From contig NZ_CP046226.1 in assembly GCF_012562765.1 (NCBI RefSeq), forward strand, positions 240,001 to 272,000: a stretch of DNA of 32,000 nt, written 5' to 3'. Below the pieces are notes generated by a model. It was not told where the DNA came from and ran no database searches. It saw only the letters and a list, made by a program, of their open reading frames with translations. Within the stretch, counting starts at the first letter, position 1. Every line of letters starts with the position of its first letter. The translations under genes were made by a program, and so were the position numbers. Positions 8,973 through 19,271 of this stretch are shown here, one piece after another. The stretch comes from Candidatus Saccharimonadota bacterium (GTDB lineage: Bacteria; Pseudomonadota; Gammaproteobacteria; Enterobacterales; Enterobacteriaceae).

Positions 8973-10445
8973 ATGAATATAGAAATAAAATTACCAGATA
9001 TAGGAATTGAAGAAATGAAGGTTACTGATATTCTAGTAAAAGAAGGAGATAATATACATAAAGATGATTCTATTATTGTTATAGAAGGAGAAAAAACTTC
9101 TATGGATATACCTTCAACACAAAATGGTATTGTAAAAAAAATAAAAGTATCAATTGGAGATATAATACGTACTGGTAGTATAATTTTAGAGTTAAGTAAT
9201 AATATTTTAAAAAAAAATAATGATAAAATTATTATTCCTAATAATATTAAAGAAAAAATCTATAAAAATGATATTAATATAATAATTAATAAAATAATTA
9301 TTCCTAATATTAATAATAGTTTAATGAAAATAATTAAAATTTTTGTAAAAGAAGGAGATAAAATTTATAAAAATAATCCATTGATTACATTAGAAAATAA
9401 TACAAATAATATAAATTTACCATCACTTTATAATGGTATTGTAAAAAAAATAATAATTAAAATAGGTGATAGTGTTAGATCAGGTGATACTATAATGTTG
9501 ATTTCTACTAGTATATCTAAAAATATACAAGAAAATCATACAAATAATTTTTTTCAAAGAGATAGTATTCATGCTTCTCCTTCAATTAGAAAAATAGCAA
9601 GACAATTAAATATTAATTTATTAAATATAAAAGGTAGTGGTAATAAAAATAGGATATTAAAGGAAGATTTATTGAAATATATTTCAATAAATAATAATCA
9701 AAATAATACTTCTCTTACATCATCTTCTATTTATTTTAAAAAATTTGGTGAAATAGAAGAAAAAGAAATGAATAATATTCAAAAAATATCAAGTATAAAA
9801 TTGACTAAAAATTGGATAAATATTCCTCATGTTACACAACATATTGAAGCTGATATAACTACATTAGAATCATTTAGAATTCAAAAAAATGATGAATTTA
9901 ATAAAACGAATAAAAATATTAAAATTACATTATTAAGTTTTTTAATTAAAATATCTGTATATGCTTTAAAAAAATATCCTATATTTAATTCTTCTTTATT
10001 AGATAATAAAAAAATTATTTTAAAAAAATATTATAATATAGGAATTGCTATGAATACTGATCAAGGATTATTAGTACCTATTATATTTAATTTAATGAAT
10101 AAAAATATTATTGATATTTCACAAGAATTAATTTTATTATATAAAAAAGCTATTTTAGGTAAATTAATTCCTAGTGATATGCAAGGTGGATGTTTTACAT
10201 TATCTAATTTAGGTAAAAAACCAGGTACGTTTTTTACTCCTATAATTAATTCACCGGAAATAGCAATTTTAGGAATATCTCAAGCTAATATTAAACCAGT
10301 ATGGAATGGAAAAAAATTTATTCCTCGTCTTATGTTACCATTATCTTTATCCTATGATCATAGAGTTATAAATGGTGTTGAAGCAATTACTTTTTTAAAT
10401 TATATTTGTGATTTAATATATGATATTAGAAATTTATTAATGTAA
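8973..10445 (+). CDS. aceF: Dihydrolipoyllysine-residue acetyltransferase (pyruvate dehydrogenase E2), with two lipoyl-type domains (second degenerate), an E3-binding domain and a catalytic domain
   Basis: Lipoyl domain 1 is MNIEIKLPDIG...VIEGEKTSMDIP. The second lipoyl-like domain covers about aa 107-178. The E3-binding domain is ASPSIRKIARQLNINLLNIKGSGNKNRILKEDL. The catalytic domain has FGEIEE, IPHVTQ and LSLSYDHRVINGVEA. An AAAGGA SD lies 5 nt upstream, and the gene starts 11 bp after aceE. Confidence 0.92.
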   Translation: MNIEIKLPDIGIEEMKVTDILVKEGDNIHKDDSIIVIEGEKTSMDIPSTQNGIVKKIKVSIGDIIRTGSIILELSNNILKKNNDKIIIPNNIKEKIYKNDINIIINKIIIPNINNSLMKIIKIFVKEGDKIYKNNPLITLENNTNNINLPSLYNGIVKKIIIKIGDSVRSGDTIMLISTSISKNIQENHTNNFFQRDSIHASPSIRKIARQLNINLLNIKGSGNKNRILKEDLLKYISINNNQNNTSLTSSSIYFKKFGEIEEKEMNNIQKISSIKLTKNWINIPHVTQHIEADITTLESFRIQKNDEFNKTNKNIKITLLSFLIKISVYALKKYPIFNSSLLDNKKIILKKYYNIGIAMNTDQGLLVPIIFNLMNKNIIDISQELILLYKKAILGKLIPSDMQGGCFTLSNLGKKPGTFFTPIINSPEIAILGISQANIKPVWNGKKFIPRLMLPLSLSYDHRVINGVEAITFLNYICDLIYDIRNLLM

Positions 10446-10496
10446 TAAAATAAACTAATTTATTAAATTTATTAGTAATTAATTATAGAGATAATT

Positions 10497-11909
10497 ATGA
10501 GTACAAAAATTAAAACTTCAGTAGTTGTAATAGGAGGAGGACCTTCAGGATATTCTGCTGCATTTCGTTGCAGTGATTTAGGGATAAAAACTATAATAGT
10601 AGAAAATTATTTAAATTTAGGAGGAGTATGTTTAAATGTTGGATGCATACCTTCTAAAACATTATTACATATAGCAAAATTAATAAAAGAAAATAAAAAA
10701 TTTGTTGAAAAAGGTATTTTAAATAATGTACCGAATTTAAATATAGAAAAAATTATTTCTTGGAAAAATAAAATAATAAAAAAATTATCTAACGGATTAC
10801 AATTTCTTGCACATACTAGAAAAGTAGATATTATCAATGGTATAGGTATTTTTGAAACACCAAATATTCTTAATATAAATAATAATGATAATAAATATCA
10901 AATAGAATTTGAACATGCTATTATTGCTACAGGATCTCATCCTGTAAAATTACCATTTATACCTTACGGTGATGATAGAATATGGGATTCTACAGATGCT
11001 TTATTATTAAAAAAAATTCCTAAAAAACTATTAATTTTAGGAGGAGGAATTATTGGTTTAGAAATGGCAACTATTTATCATGCTTTAGGTTCAGATATTA
11101 ATATTATTGAAATGTCAAATAAAATTTTACCATCAGTTGATGATGATATTATTCAAATATATAATAATAATATTAAAAATGAATTTAATATTATGTTAAA
11201 TACAAAAATTATATCTATAGATAGTAATAAAAATCTATTACAAGTTTATATGACTGATGATAATAATAAATCTATTTTTTCTAAAAAATATGATGTTATT
11301 TTAATAGCTGTAGGAAGAATACCAAATTCAAATTTTATTAATAATAATTTATTTAATATTGAAATTGATAATAATGGATTTATTAAAGTTAATGATCAAA
11401 TGAGGACTAATATTCCTAATATATATGCAATAGGAGATGTAATAGGACATCCTATGCTTGCTCATAAAGGAATACACGAAGGTCATTTAGTAGCAGAAAT
11501 TATTGCTGGAAAAAATCACTTTTTTATTCCAAAAGTAATACCTTCAATTGCTTATACTGATCCAGAAATAGGTTGGGTAGGAATAACAGAAAAAAATGCA
11601 AAAATTAAAAATATAAATTATGGAATCTCTTGTTTACCATGGAATTCTTTAGGTAGAGGACTATGTTCTAATGCAGAAAATGGTTTAACAAAATTAATTT
11701 TTGATAAAAATACTAATAAAATTATAGGTGGTTTAGTTATTGGGTATAATGCTGGTGAATTATTAGGAGAAATTAGTTTAGCTATAGAAATGGGGTGTGA
11801 TGCAGAAGATATATCATTAACTATACATGCTCATCCAACATTTTATGAATCTATAGGAATAGCTACAGATATATTCTTAGGTTTAGCAACAGATGTGTTA
11901 AATAAATAA
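10497..11909 (+). CDS. lpdA: Dihydrolipoyl dehydrogenase (E3)
   Basis: The 470-aa ORF has the FAD site VVIGGGPSGYSAA, the redox-active disulfide GGVCLNVGCIPSK, and a C-terminal HAHPTFYES. It follows aceEF as in E. coli. Confidence 0.93.
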   Translation: MSTKIKTSVVVIGGGPSGYSAAFRCSDLGIKTIIVENYLNLGGVCLNVGCIPSKTLLHIAKLIKENKKFVEKGILNNVPNLNIEKIISWKNKIIKKLSNGLQFLAHTRKVDIINGIGIFETPNILNINNNDNKYQIEFEHAIIATGSHPVKLPFIPYGDDRIWDSTDALLLKKIPKKLLILGGGIIGLEMATIYHALGSDINIIEMSNKILPSVDDDIIQIYNNNIKNEFNIMLNTKIISIDSNKNLLQVYMTDDNNKSIFSKKYDVILIAVGRIPNSNFINNNLFNIEIDNNGFIKVNDQMRTNIPNIYAIGDVIGHPMLAHKGIHEGHLVAEIIAGKNHFFIPKVIPSIAYTDPEIGWVGITEKNAKIKNINYGISCLPWNSLGRGLCSNAENGLTKLIFDKNTNKIIGGLVIGYNAGELLGEISLAIEMGCDAEDISLTIHAHPTFYESIGIATDIFLGLATDVLNK

Positions 11910-12155
11910 TAAAATTAATTATTACTTTAATATTTTTAAACATAATTAATTATTTCAATAATTAATATCATCTATCTGATATATGATTGTTTTATTCTAA
12001 ATAATTATCAAATTAATTTAAAAATATTAGAGTGATAAAAAATTTATTTAAAATTTTATTTTTTTATTAAATTTAACTTATATATTTATTAATATTAATT
12101 ATTAAATAAATTATTTTTATTTTTAATAAAATTATTTTTTTATCTTAAATTAATT

Positions 12156-13328
12156 TTATAATAAAATATCTTTAATAATTTTATAATAAATTTTACCTAA
12201 TAAATAAAGATCATTAATATTAACACATTCATTAATTTTATGAATAGTAGAATTGATAGGTCCTAATTCTATTATTTGTGATTTACTTTTAATAAGAAAA
12301 CGTGCATCAGATGTACCACCATCATTAATAATTGTTGGATTTACATTATTTATAATTTTAATATTTTTTTTGACAATATTTATTAAATTTTTTGTATTTA
12401 AATTAGTTTGTTTAGATAAGCTTAAAAATGGTAATCCACTAATATTCCATTTTATATTAAATTTTTTAATATGTTTTTGAATAATTTTAGTAAAAATATT
12501 TAAAATATCTTTATAACTAATTTCATTATTAAAACGAAAATTTATTTTTAATAAAATATCATCAGGAATAATATTATTTATATTTTTTTTTATAGATGAT
12601 ATCATGTGTGTAATTTGCATACTAGTTTTAGGAAAAAATTTATTTCCTTTATCCCATTCAATTAATAATAACTCATTTAAAGCAGGAATTATCTGATGAA
12701 TTGGATTATTTGCTAATTTATGATAAGCAACATGACCCTGCATACCTTTTACTATTAAATCAATATTTAAAGAACCTCTTCTACCATTTTTTATATTATC
12801 TCCTAATATTTTTTTACTTGTAGGTTCTCCTAATATAAAATAATCTAATCTTTCTTTTCTATTTATTAATTTTTGAATTATTTTTTTAGTACCATTAGTA
12901 GCCATTCCTTCTTCATCAGAAGTAATTAAAAAAGCTAAACGACCATTACAACAATTAGAATATTTATTAAAAAATAATTTAGCTGCAATAATCATCGCAG
13001 CTAAAGATCCTTTCATATCAACAGAACCACGACCGTATAATATATTATTTTTAATAATACCTTGAAAAGGATTATATTTCCAATTTTTTAGATTTCCTGG
13101 AGGTACAACATCTGTATGTCCAGCAAAAACAAGTGTATTAGATATATGAATATTAATATTATTACTATATGCCCAAAAATTTTTAGTATCTTTTATATTT
13201 AAAACTTCTATATTAAAATTTAATTTATTTAAATAAGAAATTAAAATATTTTGACATCCAGCATCATTAGGACTGATAGAAGGACAATCAATTAATTTTT
13301 TTGCTAATGTTACTATTTGATTTAACAT
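12156..13328 (-). CDS. dapE: Succinyl-diaminopimelate desuccinylase
   Basis: The 390-aa ORF matches recalled E. coli DapE, including the M20 Zn ligands, at LIDCPSISPNDAGCQ, FAGHTDVVPPG, GRGSVDMKGSLAAM, RLAFLITSDEEG, LGEPTS and KNGRRGSL...G.QGHVAY. Confidence 0.88.
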   Translation of the reverse strand: MLNQIVTLAKKLIDCPSISPNDAGCQNILISYLNKLNFNIEVLNIKDTKNFWAYSNNINIHISNTLVFAGHTDVVPPGNLKNWKYNPFQGIIKNNILYGRGSVDMKGSLAAMIIAAKLFFNKYSNCCNGRLAFLITSDEEGMATNGTKKIIQKLINRKERLDYFILGEPTSKKILGDNIKNGRRGSLNIDLIVKGMQGHVAYHKLANNPIHQIIPALNELLLIEWDKGNKFFPKTSMQITHMISSIKKNINNIIPDDILLKINFRFNNEISYKDILNIFTKIIQKHIKKFNIKWNISGLPFLSLSKQTNLNTKNLINIVKKNIKIINNVNPTIINDGGTSDARFLIKSKSQIIELGPINSTIHKINECVNINDLYLLGKIYYKIIKDILL

Positions 13329-13386
13329 ATTTTTTATTATTTTAAATTATATTAATTAAATGATTTTTTATTAAAAATATAAAATA

Positions 13387-15726
13387 CTATTTTTTATAGA
13401 TAGGATTTTGTAAGGCTAATAACCATACTTCTTCTATTTTTTTTACAGGAAAAATCTTTAAATCTGTAATAATATTTTTAGGTATTTCTTCTAAATCTCT
13501 TTTATTTTTTTCAGGAATTAAAACAGTATGTACTCCTCCTCTATGAGCAGCTAATAATTTTTCTTTTAATCCTCCTATAGGTAAAATTTGTCCTCTTAAT
13601 GTAATTTCTCCTGTCATAGCTATATTAGCTTTTACAGGATTATTAGTTAAACATGATATAAGTGCTATACACATTGCAATTCCAGCACTAGGTCCATCTT
13701 TAGGTGTAGCTCCTTCTGGAACATGAACATGTATATCTAATGTTTTATAAAATGTATTATTTATACCTAATATTTCTGATCTTGATCTCACTACAGTAAG
13801 TGCTGCTTGTATTGATTCTTGCATTACTTCACCTAAAGAACCTGTATATGTTAATTTTCCTTTTCCAGGAATACATGCAGTTTCAATTGTTAATAAATCT
13901 CCTCCAGATTCTGTCCATGCTAATCCAGTAACTTGTCCAATAAGATTTTCATTTTCTGCTTTACCATAATCAAATTTTTGTACTCCTAAATATTGTTTTA
14001 AATTTAAATTATCTATTTTAATAGATTTAATATTTTTATTTATTAAAATATTTTTAACCGCTTTTCTACATAAAGTAGATAATTCACGTTCTAAATTACG
14101 TACTCCAGATTCTCTGGTATAAAATCTAATTATGTCTATAATAGCTGTATTATGTATTGTTAATTCATTTTTTTTTAAAGCATTTCTATTAAATTGCTTT
14201 GGTAACAAATATTTTTGAGCTATATTTAATTTTTCATCTTCAGTATATCCTGATAATCTAATAACTTCCATTCTATCTAATAAAGGTGATGGAATATTGA
14301 TAGATGAATTAGAAGTAGCTACAAACATAACATCAGATAAATCGTAATCAACTTCAAGATAATGATCATTAAAAGAAATATTTTGCTCTGGATCTAATAC
14401 TTCTAATAATGCTGCAGCAGGATCACCTCTCATATCATATGATATTTTATCTATTTCATCTAATAAAAGAAGAGGATTCTTAACACCTATTCTAGATATT
14501 TTCTGAATAATTTTACCAGGCATAGAACCTATATATGTACGTCTATGACCTCTTATTTCTCCTTCATCTCTAATTCCTCCTAATGCCATTCTAATAAATT
14601 TTCTTCCAGTTGTTTTAGCAATAGATTTTCCTAATGATGTTTTTCCAACTCCAGGTGGTCCTACTAGACATAAAATTGGTCCTCTGATTTTATTTGATCT
14701 ATTTTGTACTGCTAAATATTCTAAAATACGTTCTTTTACATTTTCTAATCCAAAATGATCAGCATCTAATGTTTTTTTTGCTTTAGATAAATCTTTTTTT
14801 AATCTACTTTTATTATTCCATGGTATTTGTACTAACCATTCTATATATCCTCGAACTACTGTTGCTTCTGCTGACATTGGAGACATCATTCTTAATTTTT
14901 GTAATTCTAATTCAGCTTTTTCTTTAGCTTCATTAGGCATCTTAGCTAATTCTATTTTTCTTTTTAATATTTCATTTTCATCAGTATTATCATCCATCTC
15001 TCCTAATTCTTTTTGAATAGCTTTTATTTGCTCATTTAAATAATATTCCCTTTGACTTTTTTCCATTTGTTTTTTTACTCTATTACGAATTTTTTTTTCA
15101 ACTTGTAATAAATCAATTTCTGATTCCATAATAGCCATAAGATATTCTAATCTTTCATTAATATTAGACATTTCTAAAATTAATTGTTTATCTTTTAATT
15201 TTAAAGGCATATGTGAAGCAATTGTATCTGCTAATTTTGCTGCATTATTTATATTATTTAATGATGTGAGTACTTCTGGAGGTATTTTTTTATTTAGTTT
15301 AATATAACTTTCAAATTGATTAATAGCTGTTCTTACTAAAACTTTTTGTTCTTTTTCTTCAATATTTGGAGAATCTATATAGATTGCTTGAGCAGTAAAA
15401 TAATTTCCATTATCGGAAAGAGTTATTATATGAGCTCTTTGTAATCCTTCTACTAATATCTTTACAGTACCATCTGGTAATTTTAACATTTGTAAAATAG
15501 AAGTAATAGTACCAACAGAAAATAAATCATTAATACCAGGATCATCATTAGATGCATCTTTTTGAGCAACTAACATAATTTTTTTATCATTATCCATAGC
15601 AGATGATAAACAACGAATAGATTTTTTTCTGCCAATAAATAAAGGAATGACCATATGAGGATATACTACAACATCACGTAATGGCAACACAGGTATTACA
15701 ATATGTTCTGAATGCTCAGAATTCAT
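13387..15726 (-). CDS. lon: ATP-dependent Lon protease
   Basis: The 779-aa ORF begins IPVLPLRDVVVYPHMVIPLFIGR. It has Walker A GPPGVGKTS, the catalytic Ser in PKDGPSAGIAM, and the Lys in GGLKEKLLAAHRGG. It follows clpX as in the E. coli clpP-clpX-lon cluster. Confidence 0.96.
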   Translation of the reverse strand: MNSEHSEHIVIPVLPLRDVVVYPHMVIPLFIGRKKSIRCLSSAMDNDKKIMLVAQKDASNDDPGINDLFSVGTITSILQMLKLPDGTVKILVEGLQRAHIITLSDNGNYFTAQAIYIDSPNIEEKEQKVLVRTAINQFESYIKLNKKIPPEVLTSLNNINNAAKLADTIASHMPLKLKDKQLILEMSNINERLEYLMAIMESEIDLLQVEKKIRNRVKKQMEKSQREYYLNEQIKAIQKELGEMDDNTDENEILKRKIELAKMPNEAKEKAELELQKLRMMSPMSAEATVVRGYIEWLVQIPWNNKSRLKKDLSKAKKTLDADHFGLENVKERILEYLAVQNRSNKIRGPILCLVGPPGVGKTSLGKSIAKTTGRKFIRMALGGIRDEGEIRGHRRTYIGSMPGKIIQKISRIGVKNPLLLLDEIDKISYDMRGDPAAALLEVLDPEQNISFNDHYLEVDYDLSDVMFVATSNSSINIPSPLLDRMEVIRLSGYTEDEKLNIAQKYLLPKQFNRNALKKNELTIHNTAIIDIIRFYTRESGVRNLERELSTLCRKAVKNILINKNIKSIKIDNLNLKQYLGVQKFDYGKAENENLIGQVTGLAWTESGGDLLTIETACIPGKGKLTYTGSLGEVMQESIQAALTVVRSRSEILGINNTFYKTLDIHVHVPEGATPKDGPSAGIAMCIALISCLTNNPVKANIAMTGEITLRGQILPIGGLKEKLLAAHRGGVHTVLIPEKNKRDLEEIPKNIITDLKIFPVKKIEEVWLLALQNPIYKK

Positions 15727-15819
15727 AGAGCTCTCTCTTTATTTTTTTGATAAATTTTAAATTATATGATTATATAAATATATTAATTTTAATTAAAAAT
15801 TAAATAACACTATTAAATT

Positions 15820-15847
15820 AATACTTTTATATAAATATAAAAGTATT
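15820..15847 (-). terminator. Stem-loop abutting the clpX stop codon (candidate clpPX terminator / attenuator before lon)
   Basis: This is a perfect inverted repeat, aatacttttatat/atataaaagtatt, giving up to 13 pairs or about 11 bp with a 4-nt loop. It contains the only C:G pair in the local spacer. It starts 1 nt after the clpX stop (15848-15850). Confidence 0.35.
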
Positions 15848-17110
15848 TTAAATATTATTTTTATATTGAATAACTGGTTCAGATAAATTGTTAATGACTC
15901 TACTATTAATTATTACTTTTTTTATATTATTAAACGAAGGTAGATCATACATTATATTTAATAATTTTTTTTCTATTACAGACCTTAATCCTCGAGCTCC
16001 AATATTTAATAATATTGCTTTTTTTGCAATTGCTTGAATAGCATCATTTGTAAATTTTAATTTTATATTTTCATATTCAAATAAAGCTTTATATTGTTTA
16101 ATTAAAGCATTTTTAGGTTCTAATAAAATTTTTATTAATCCATGAATATCTATTTTTTCTAATGAAACAATAATTGGTAATCTTCCTATAAATTCTGGAA
16201 TTAAACCAAACTTAATTAAATCATTAGAATTAACCTTAAGAAAAGATCTTAATTTATCTTTTTTATCATTATTATTTTTTGTTTTTATATTAAAACCAAT
16301 TTTATTAGAGATATTTAATCTATTAGAAATAATTTTATCTAATCCATAAAATGATCCAGCACAAATAAATAATATATCTTTTGTATCTACTTGAATAAAT
16401 TCCTGTTCTGGATGTTTTCTACCTCCTTTTGGAGGTACTGAAGATATTGTGCCTTCAATTAGTTTTAATAAAGCTTGTTGTACTCCTTCACCAGAAACAT
16501 CTCTGGTTATAGAAAGATTTTCTGATTTTTTTGATATTTTATCAATTTCATCAATATATATTATTCCTTTTTGTGCTTTTATTATATCATAATTAGCTTT
16601 TTGTAATAATTTTTGAATAATATTTTCTACATCTTCACCAACATATCCTGCTTCTGTTAAAGTAGTTGCATCAGTTATAACAAAAGGAACATCTAAAAAT
16701 TTTGCTAATGTTTTAGCTAAAAGAGTTTTACCACATCCAGTAGGACCTAGTAATAAAATATTACTTTTCTCTAATTCTATATTTTTATTATTACTATATA
16801 ATCTTTTATAATGATTATAAACTGCTACTGCAAGTGTTTTTTTTGCTATTACTTGATTTATCACATAATTATCTAAATAATTAAAAATTTCATGAGGTGT
16901 AGGTAATTTTTTATTATGTAAGTAAATATTATTTGTTTGATTATAAAATTCTTCTTTAATTATATTATTACATAAAGAAATACATCTATCACAAATATAA
17001 ACTGAATTACCAGATATTAGTTTGTTAACTTCATTTTGATATTTTCCACAAAAAGAACAACATAAAATATTACTTGATTTCTCTTTGTTATTTATCATTA
17101 AAAACCTCAT
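15848..17110 (-). CDS. clpX: ATP-dependent Clp protease ATP-binding subunit ClpX
   Basis: The 420-aa ORF has the zinc-binding CSFCGK...YICDRC, Walker [16 protein letters not shown], and [10 protein letters not shown]. The start may be the second ATG at 17098 (MINNKEK...), which has a GAGG 7 nt upstream. The first ATG has no SD. Confidence 0.95.
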   Translation of the reverse strand: MRFLMINNKEKSSNILCCSFCGKYQNEVNKLISGNSVYICDRCISLCNNIIKEEFYNQTNNIYLHNKKLPTPHEIFNYLDNYVINQVIAKKTLAVAVYNHYKRLYSNNKNIELEKSNILLLGPTGCGKTLLAKTLAKFLDVPFVITDATTLTEAGYVGEDVENIIQKLLQKANYDIIKAQKGIIYIDEIDKISKKSENLSITRDVSGEGVQQALLKLIEGTISSVPPKGGRKHPEQEFIQVDTKDILFICAGSFYGLDKIISNRLNISNKIGFNIKTKNNNDKKDKLRSFLKVNSNDLIKFGLIPEFIGRLPIIVSLEKIDIHGLIKILLEPKNALIKQYKALFEYENIKLKFTNDAIQAIAKKAILLNIGARGLRSVIEKKLLNIMYDLPSFNNIKKVIINSRVINNLSEPVIQYKNNI

Positions 17111-17132
17111 TTATAAATAAATAATATAAATT

Positions 17133-17741
17133 TTATTTTCTATTATAGATAATATTATCTATTAAACCATATTTTACTGCTTCTTCAGCTGATAAAAATC
17201 TATCTCTATCAGTATCTTTTTCAATAATATCAATTGTTTGACCAGTATGAAATGACATTAATCTATTTATATGTTTTTTAATTCTTAAAATTTCTTGAGT
17301 ATGAATTTCAATATCAGTTGCTTGTCCTTGATAACTACCTATGGGTTGATGTATCATCATTCTTGAATTTGGAAGACAAAACCTTTTATTTTTTTTTCCA
17401 GATGAAAGTAAAAAAGCAGCCATTGAACATGCTTGTCCTATACATATAGTACTAATATCTGGTTTAACAAATTGCATTGTGTCATATATGGACATACCTG
17501 ATGTTATTATACCTCCTGGACTATTTATATAAATATAAATATCTTTTTCTGAATTTTCTGACTCTAAAAATAATATTTGAGCAACTATTAAATTTGCCAT
17601 ATTATCTTCAATATTTCCTATAAGAAAAATAATTCTTTCTTTTAATAATCTAGAAAAAATATCATAAGATCTTTCACCTCTAGGTGTTTGCTCAATAACC
17701 ATAGGAATCATATTTAATTTATTTTGTTCATATAACATCAT
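17133..17741 (-). CDS. clpP: ATP-dependent Clp protease proteolytic subunit
   Basis: The 202-aa ORF reads [25 protein letters not shown]...YINSPGG...[11 protein letters not shown]...MIHQP, nearly collinear with E. coli ClpP with the catalytic Ser/His context present. An AAGGA SD lies about 6 nt upstream on the - strand. Confidence 0.96.
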   Translation of the reverse strand: MMLYEQNKLNMIPMVIEQTPRGERSYDIFSRLLKERIIFLIGNIEDNMANLIVAQILFLESENSEKDIYIYINSPGGIITSGMSIYDTMQFVKPDISTICIGQACSMAAFLLSSGKKNKRFCLPNSRMMIHQPIGSYQGQATDIEIHTQEILRIKKHINRLMSFHTGQTIDIIEKDTDRDRFLSAEEAVKYGLIDNIIYNRK

Positions 17742-17852
17742 TATTAATCCTTTATTTAAATATCATATTTTACTATAAGATAATTATATACATTTCATTT
17801 AATAGTTATATAGATTTATATAATATTTCTTTTATAAAGATAAAAATTAATT

Positions 17853-19169
17853 TTAAAAATTTATACTTAAATATTCATTTTTTATATCTTTATAACTATA
17901 TTTTATTTTATTTATTAACATTTTTTCTAAAATAGTTTGAATTGCTTGATATTCTAAGATAGAATTATACAATTTTTGCATTAATTTTTGATCTGTTAGA
18001 TAATATTTTATAATTTTTTTAAGTTGAGATTCATTATAATAATTAATAAAAGAAGATAATTCTTCATGGATAAAATTTATTACTAAAGTTTGATTAAATT
18101 GAATTTTGAATTCATTAATAATTTTATTTATTAAAATTTTTATTAAAGTATATTTTTTAGCTTTATCATATAAATCTTTTGAATTTATTTTTTTAAATTT
18201 ATTTTTATTTTTTTTATAAATTTTATTAATAGAATTAAATTCTGAATTAATTAATAATAATGGTAATTTTATATTTTTATGTAAATTAATTAAAATATTC
18301 ATTACTTTATATTTAATAATATAACGGATCATTTTATTTGTTTTAAATTGTAATTGATTTTTAATCATGTTATATAAATCTTTAAAAGTAAAACTATTAA
18401 TATAGTTTGAATTAATTATATTTGTTTTACTAACAAATATAATTTTATATTTTTCTACTTTTTTAATTAATATTGAAAAAATTTGTTGAGTTCCAATTAA
18501 TTTTTTATTAGGATAATAATTAGAAATTAATATTTTAATATCAAATTTATCTCCATTTTTTTTTCCAATAATTTTTTTTTCTAAATCAGGTATTATTTTC
18601 CATTTATTAGATAAGATTAATTTAATATTACTAAATATCTTATTCATTTTATTATTTATATAAATAAATACATCAATAGTAACTCTATCTGATAAATGAG
18701 CTATTTTATTTTTTTTATCTAAACATACAATATTTTTATTATAAAATTTATAAATATAATGATTAATATCATCATCACTAATTTTTACTATAGGTACATC
18801 AATTTTTATATTATCAAACTTTAATAAATTAAATTCAGGATAACTTTGAAATATAACAGTAAATATAAAATCTTTACCTCTTTCATATTTATGAAAATTA
18901 TATTTAGGTAATCCTATTATATTAATTTTTTTAGATTTAATTTTTTGAAAAAAAATTTTTTCCATTAAATTATTCAATACATCTAATTGTACTGATTTTA
19001 TATAAAAATTTTTAATAATATTTAAAGGAGCTTTACCTTTACGAAATCCTTTAATTATTTTATTTTTTGATATAAATGTTAATTTTTCCTGAATCTTATT
19101 TTCTATATTAATACTATTAAGTTTAAGAATAATTTTATGATTTATATTTTGTAATTCTAAATTGTACAT
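17853..19169 (-). CDS. tig: Trigger factor (highly diverged, Lys/Asn/Ile-rich)
   Basis: The ORF is 438 aa (E. coli Tig is 432 aa). The ribosome-binding signature GFRKGKAPLNII is conserved. It sits between bolA and clpP as in E. coli. An AAGG SD-like sequence lies upstream. Confidence 0.85.
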   Translation of the reverse strand: MYNLELQNINHKIILKLNSINIENKIQEKLTFISKNKIIKGFRKGKAPLNIIKNFYIKSVQLDVLNNLMEKIFFQKIKSKKINIIGLPKYNFHKYERGKDFIFTVIFQSYPEFNLLKFDNIKIDVPIVKISDDDINHYIYKFYNKNIVCLDKKNKIAHLSDRVTIDVFIYINNKMNKIFSNIKLILSNKWKIIPDLEKKIIGKKNGDKFDIKILISNYYPNKKLIGTQQIFSILIKKVEKYKIIFVSKTNIINSNYINSFTFKDLYNMIKNQLQFKTNKMIRYIIKYKVMNILINLHKNIKLPLLLINSEFNSINKIYKKNKNKFKKINSKDLYDKAKKYTLIKILINKIINEFKIQFNQTLVINFIHEELSSFINYYNESQLKKIIKYYLTDQKLMQKLYNSILEYQAIQTILEKMLINKIKYSYKDIKNEYLSINF

Positions 19170-19238
19170 AGGCTTATAACCTTGTGTATTATTATCATAA
19201 TAATTATTATTAAGAATAAATAACCTGAAATTCTTAAT

Positions 19239-19258
19239 TAGTTATTATATAATAACTA
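19239..19258 (-). terminator. 20-nt perfect palindrome between bolA stop and tig start
   Basis: The sequence tagttattat|ataataacta is a perfect palindrome with one G:C pair per arm. It lies 14 nt downstream of the bolA stop on the - strand and about 70 nt upstream of the tig start. Confidence 0.3.
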
Positions 19259-19271
19259 GTAAATAAGTATA

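Noticed and set aside
11910-12155. The convergent lpdA/dapE spacer, examined for a bidirectional terminator or a hidden RNA gene.
   Set aside because: It holds only 4-5 bp G/C-containing inverted repeats (atcat...atgat, tgat...atca) and a 12-nt A/T palindrome (ataattaattat). Nothing has tRNA-like or structured-RNA G/C content.
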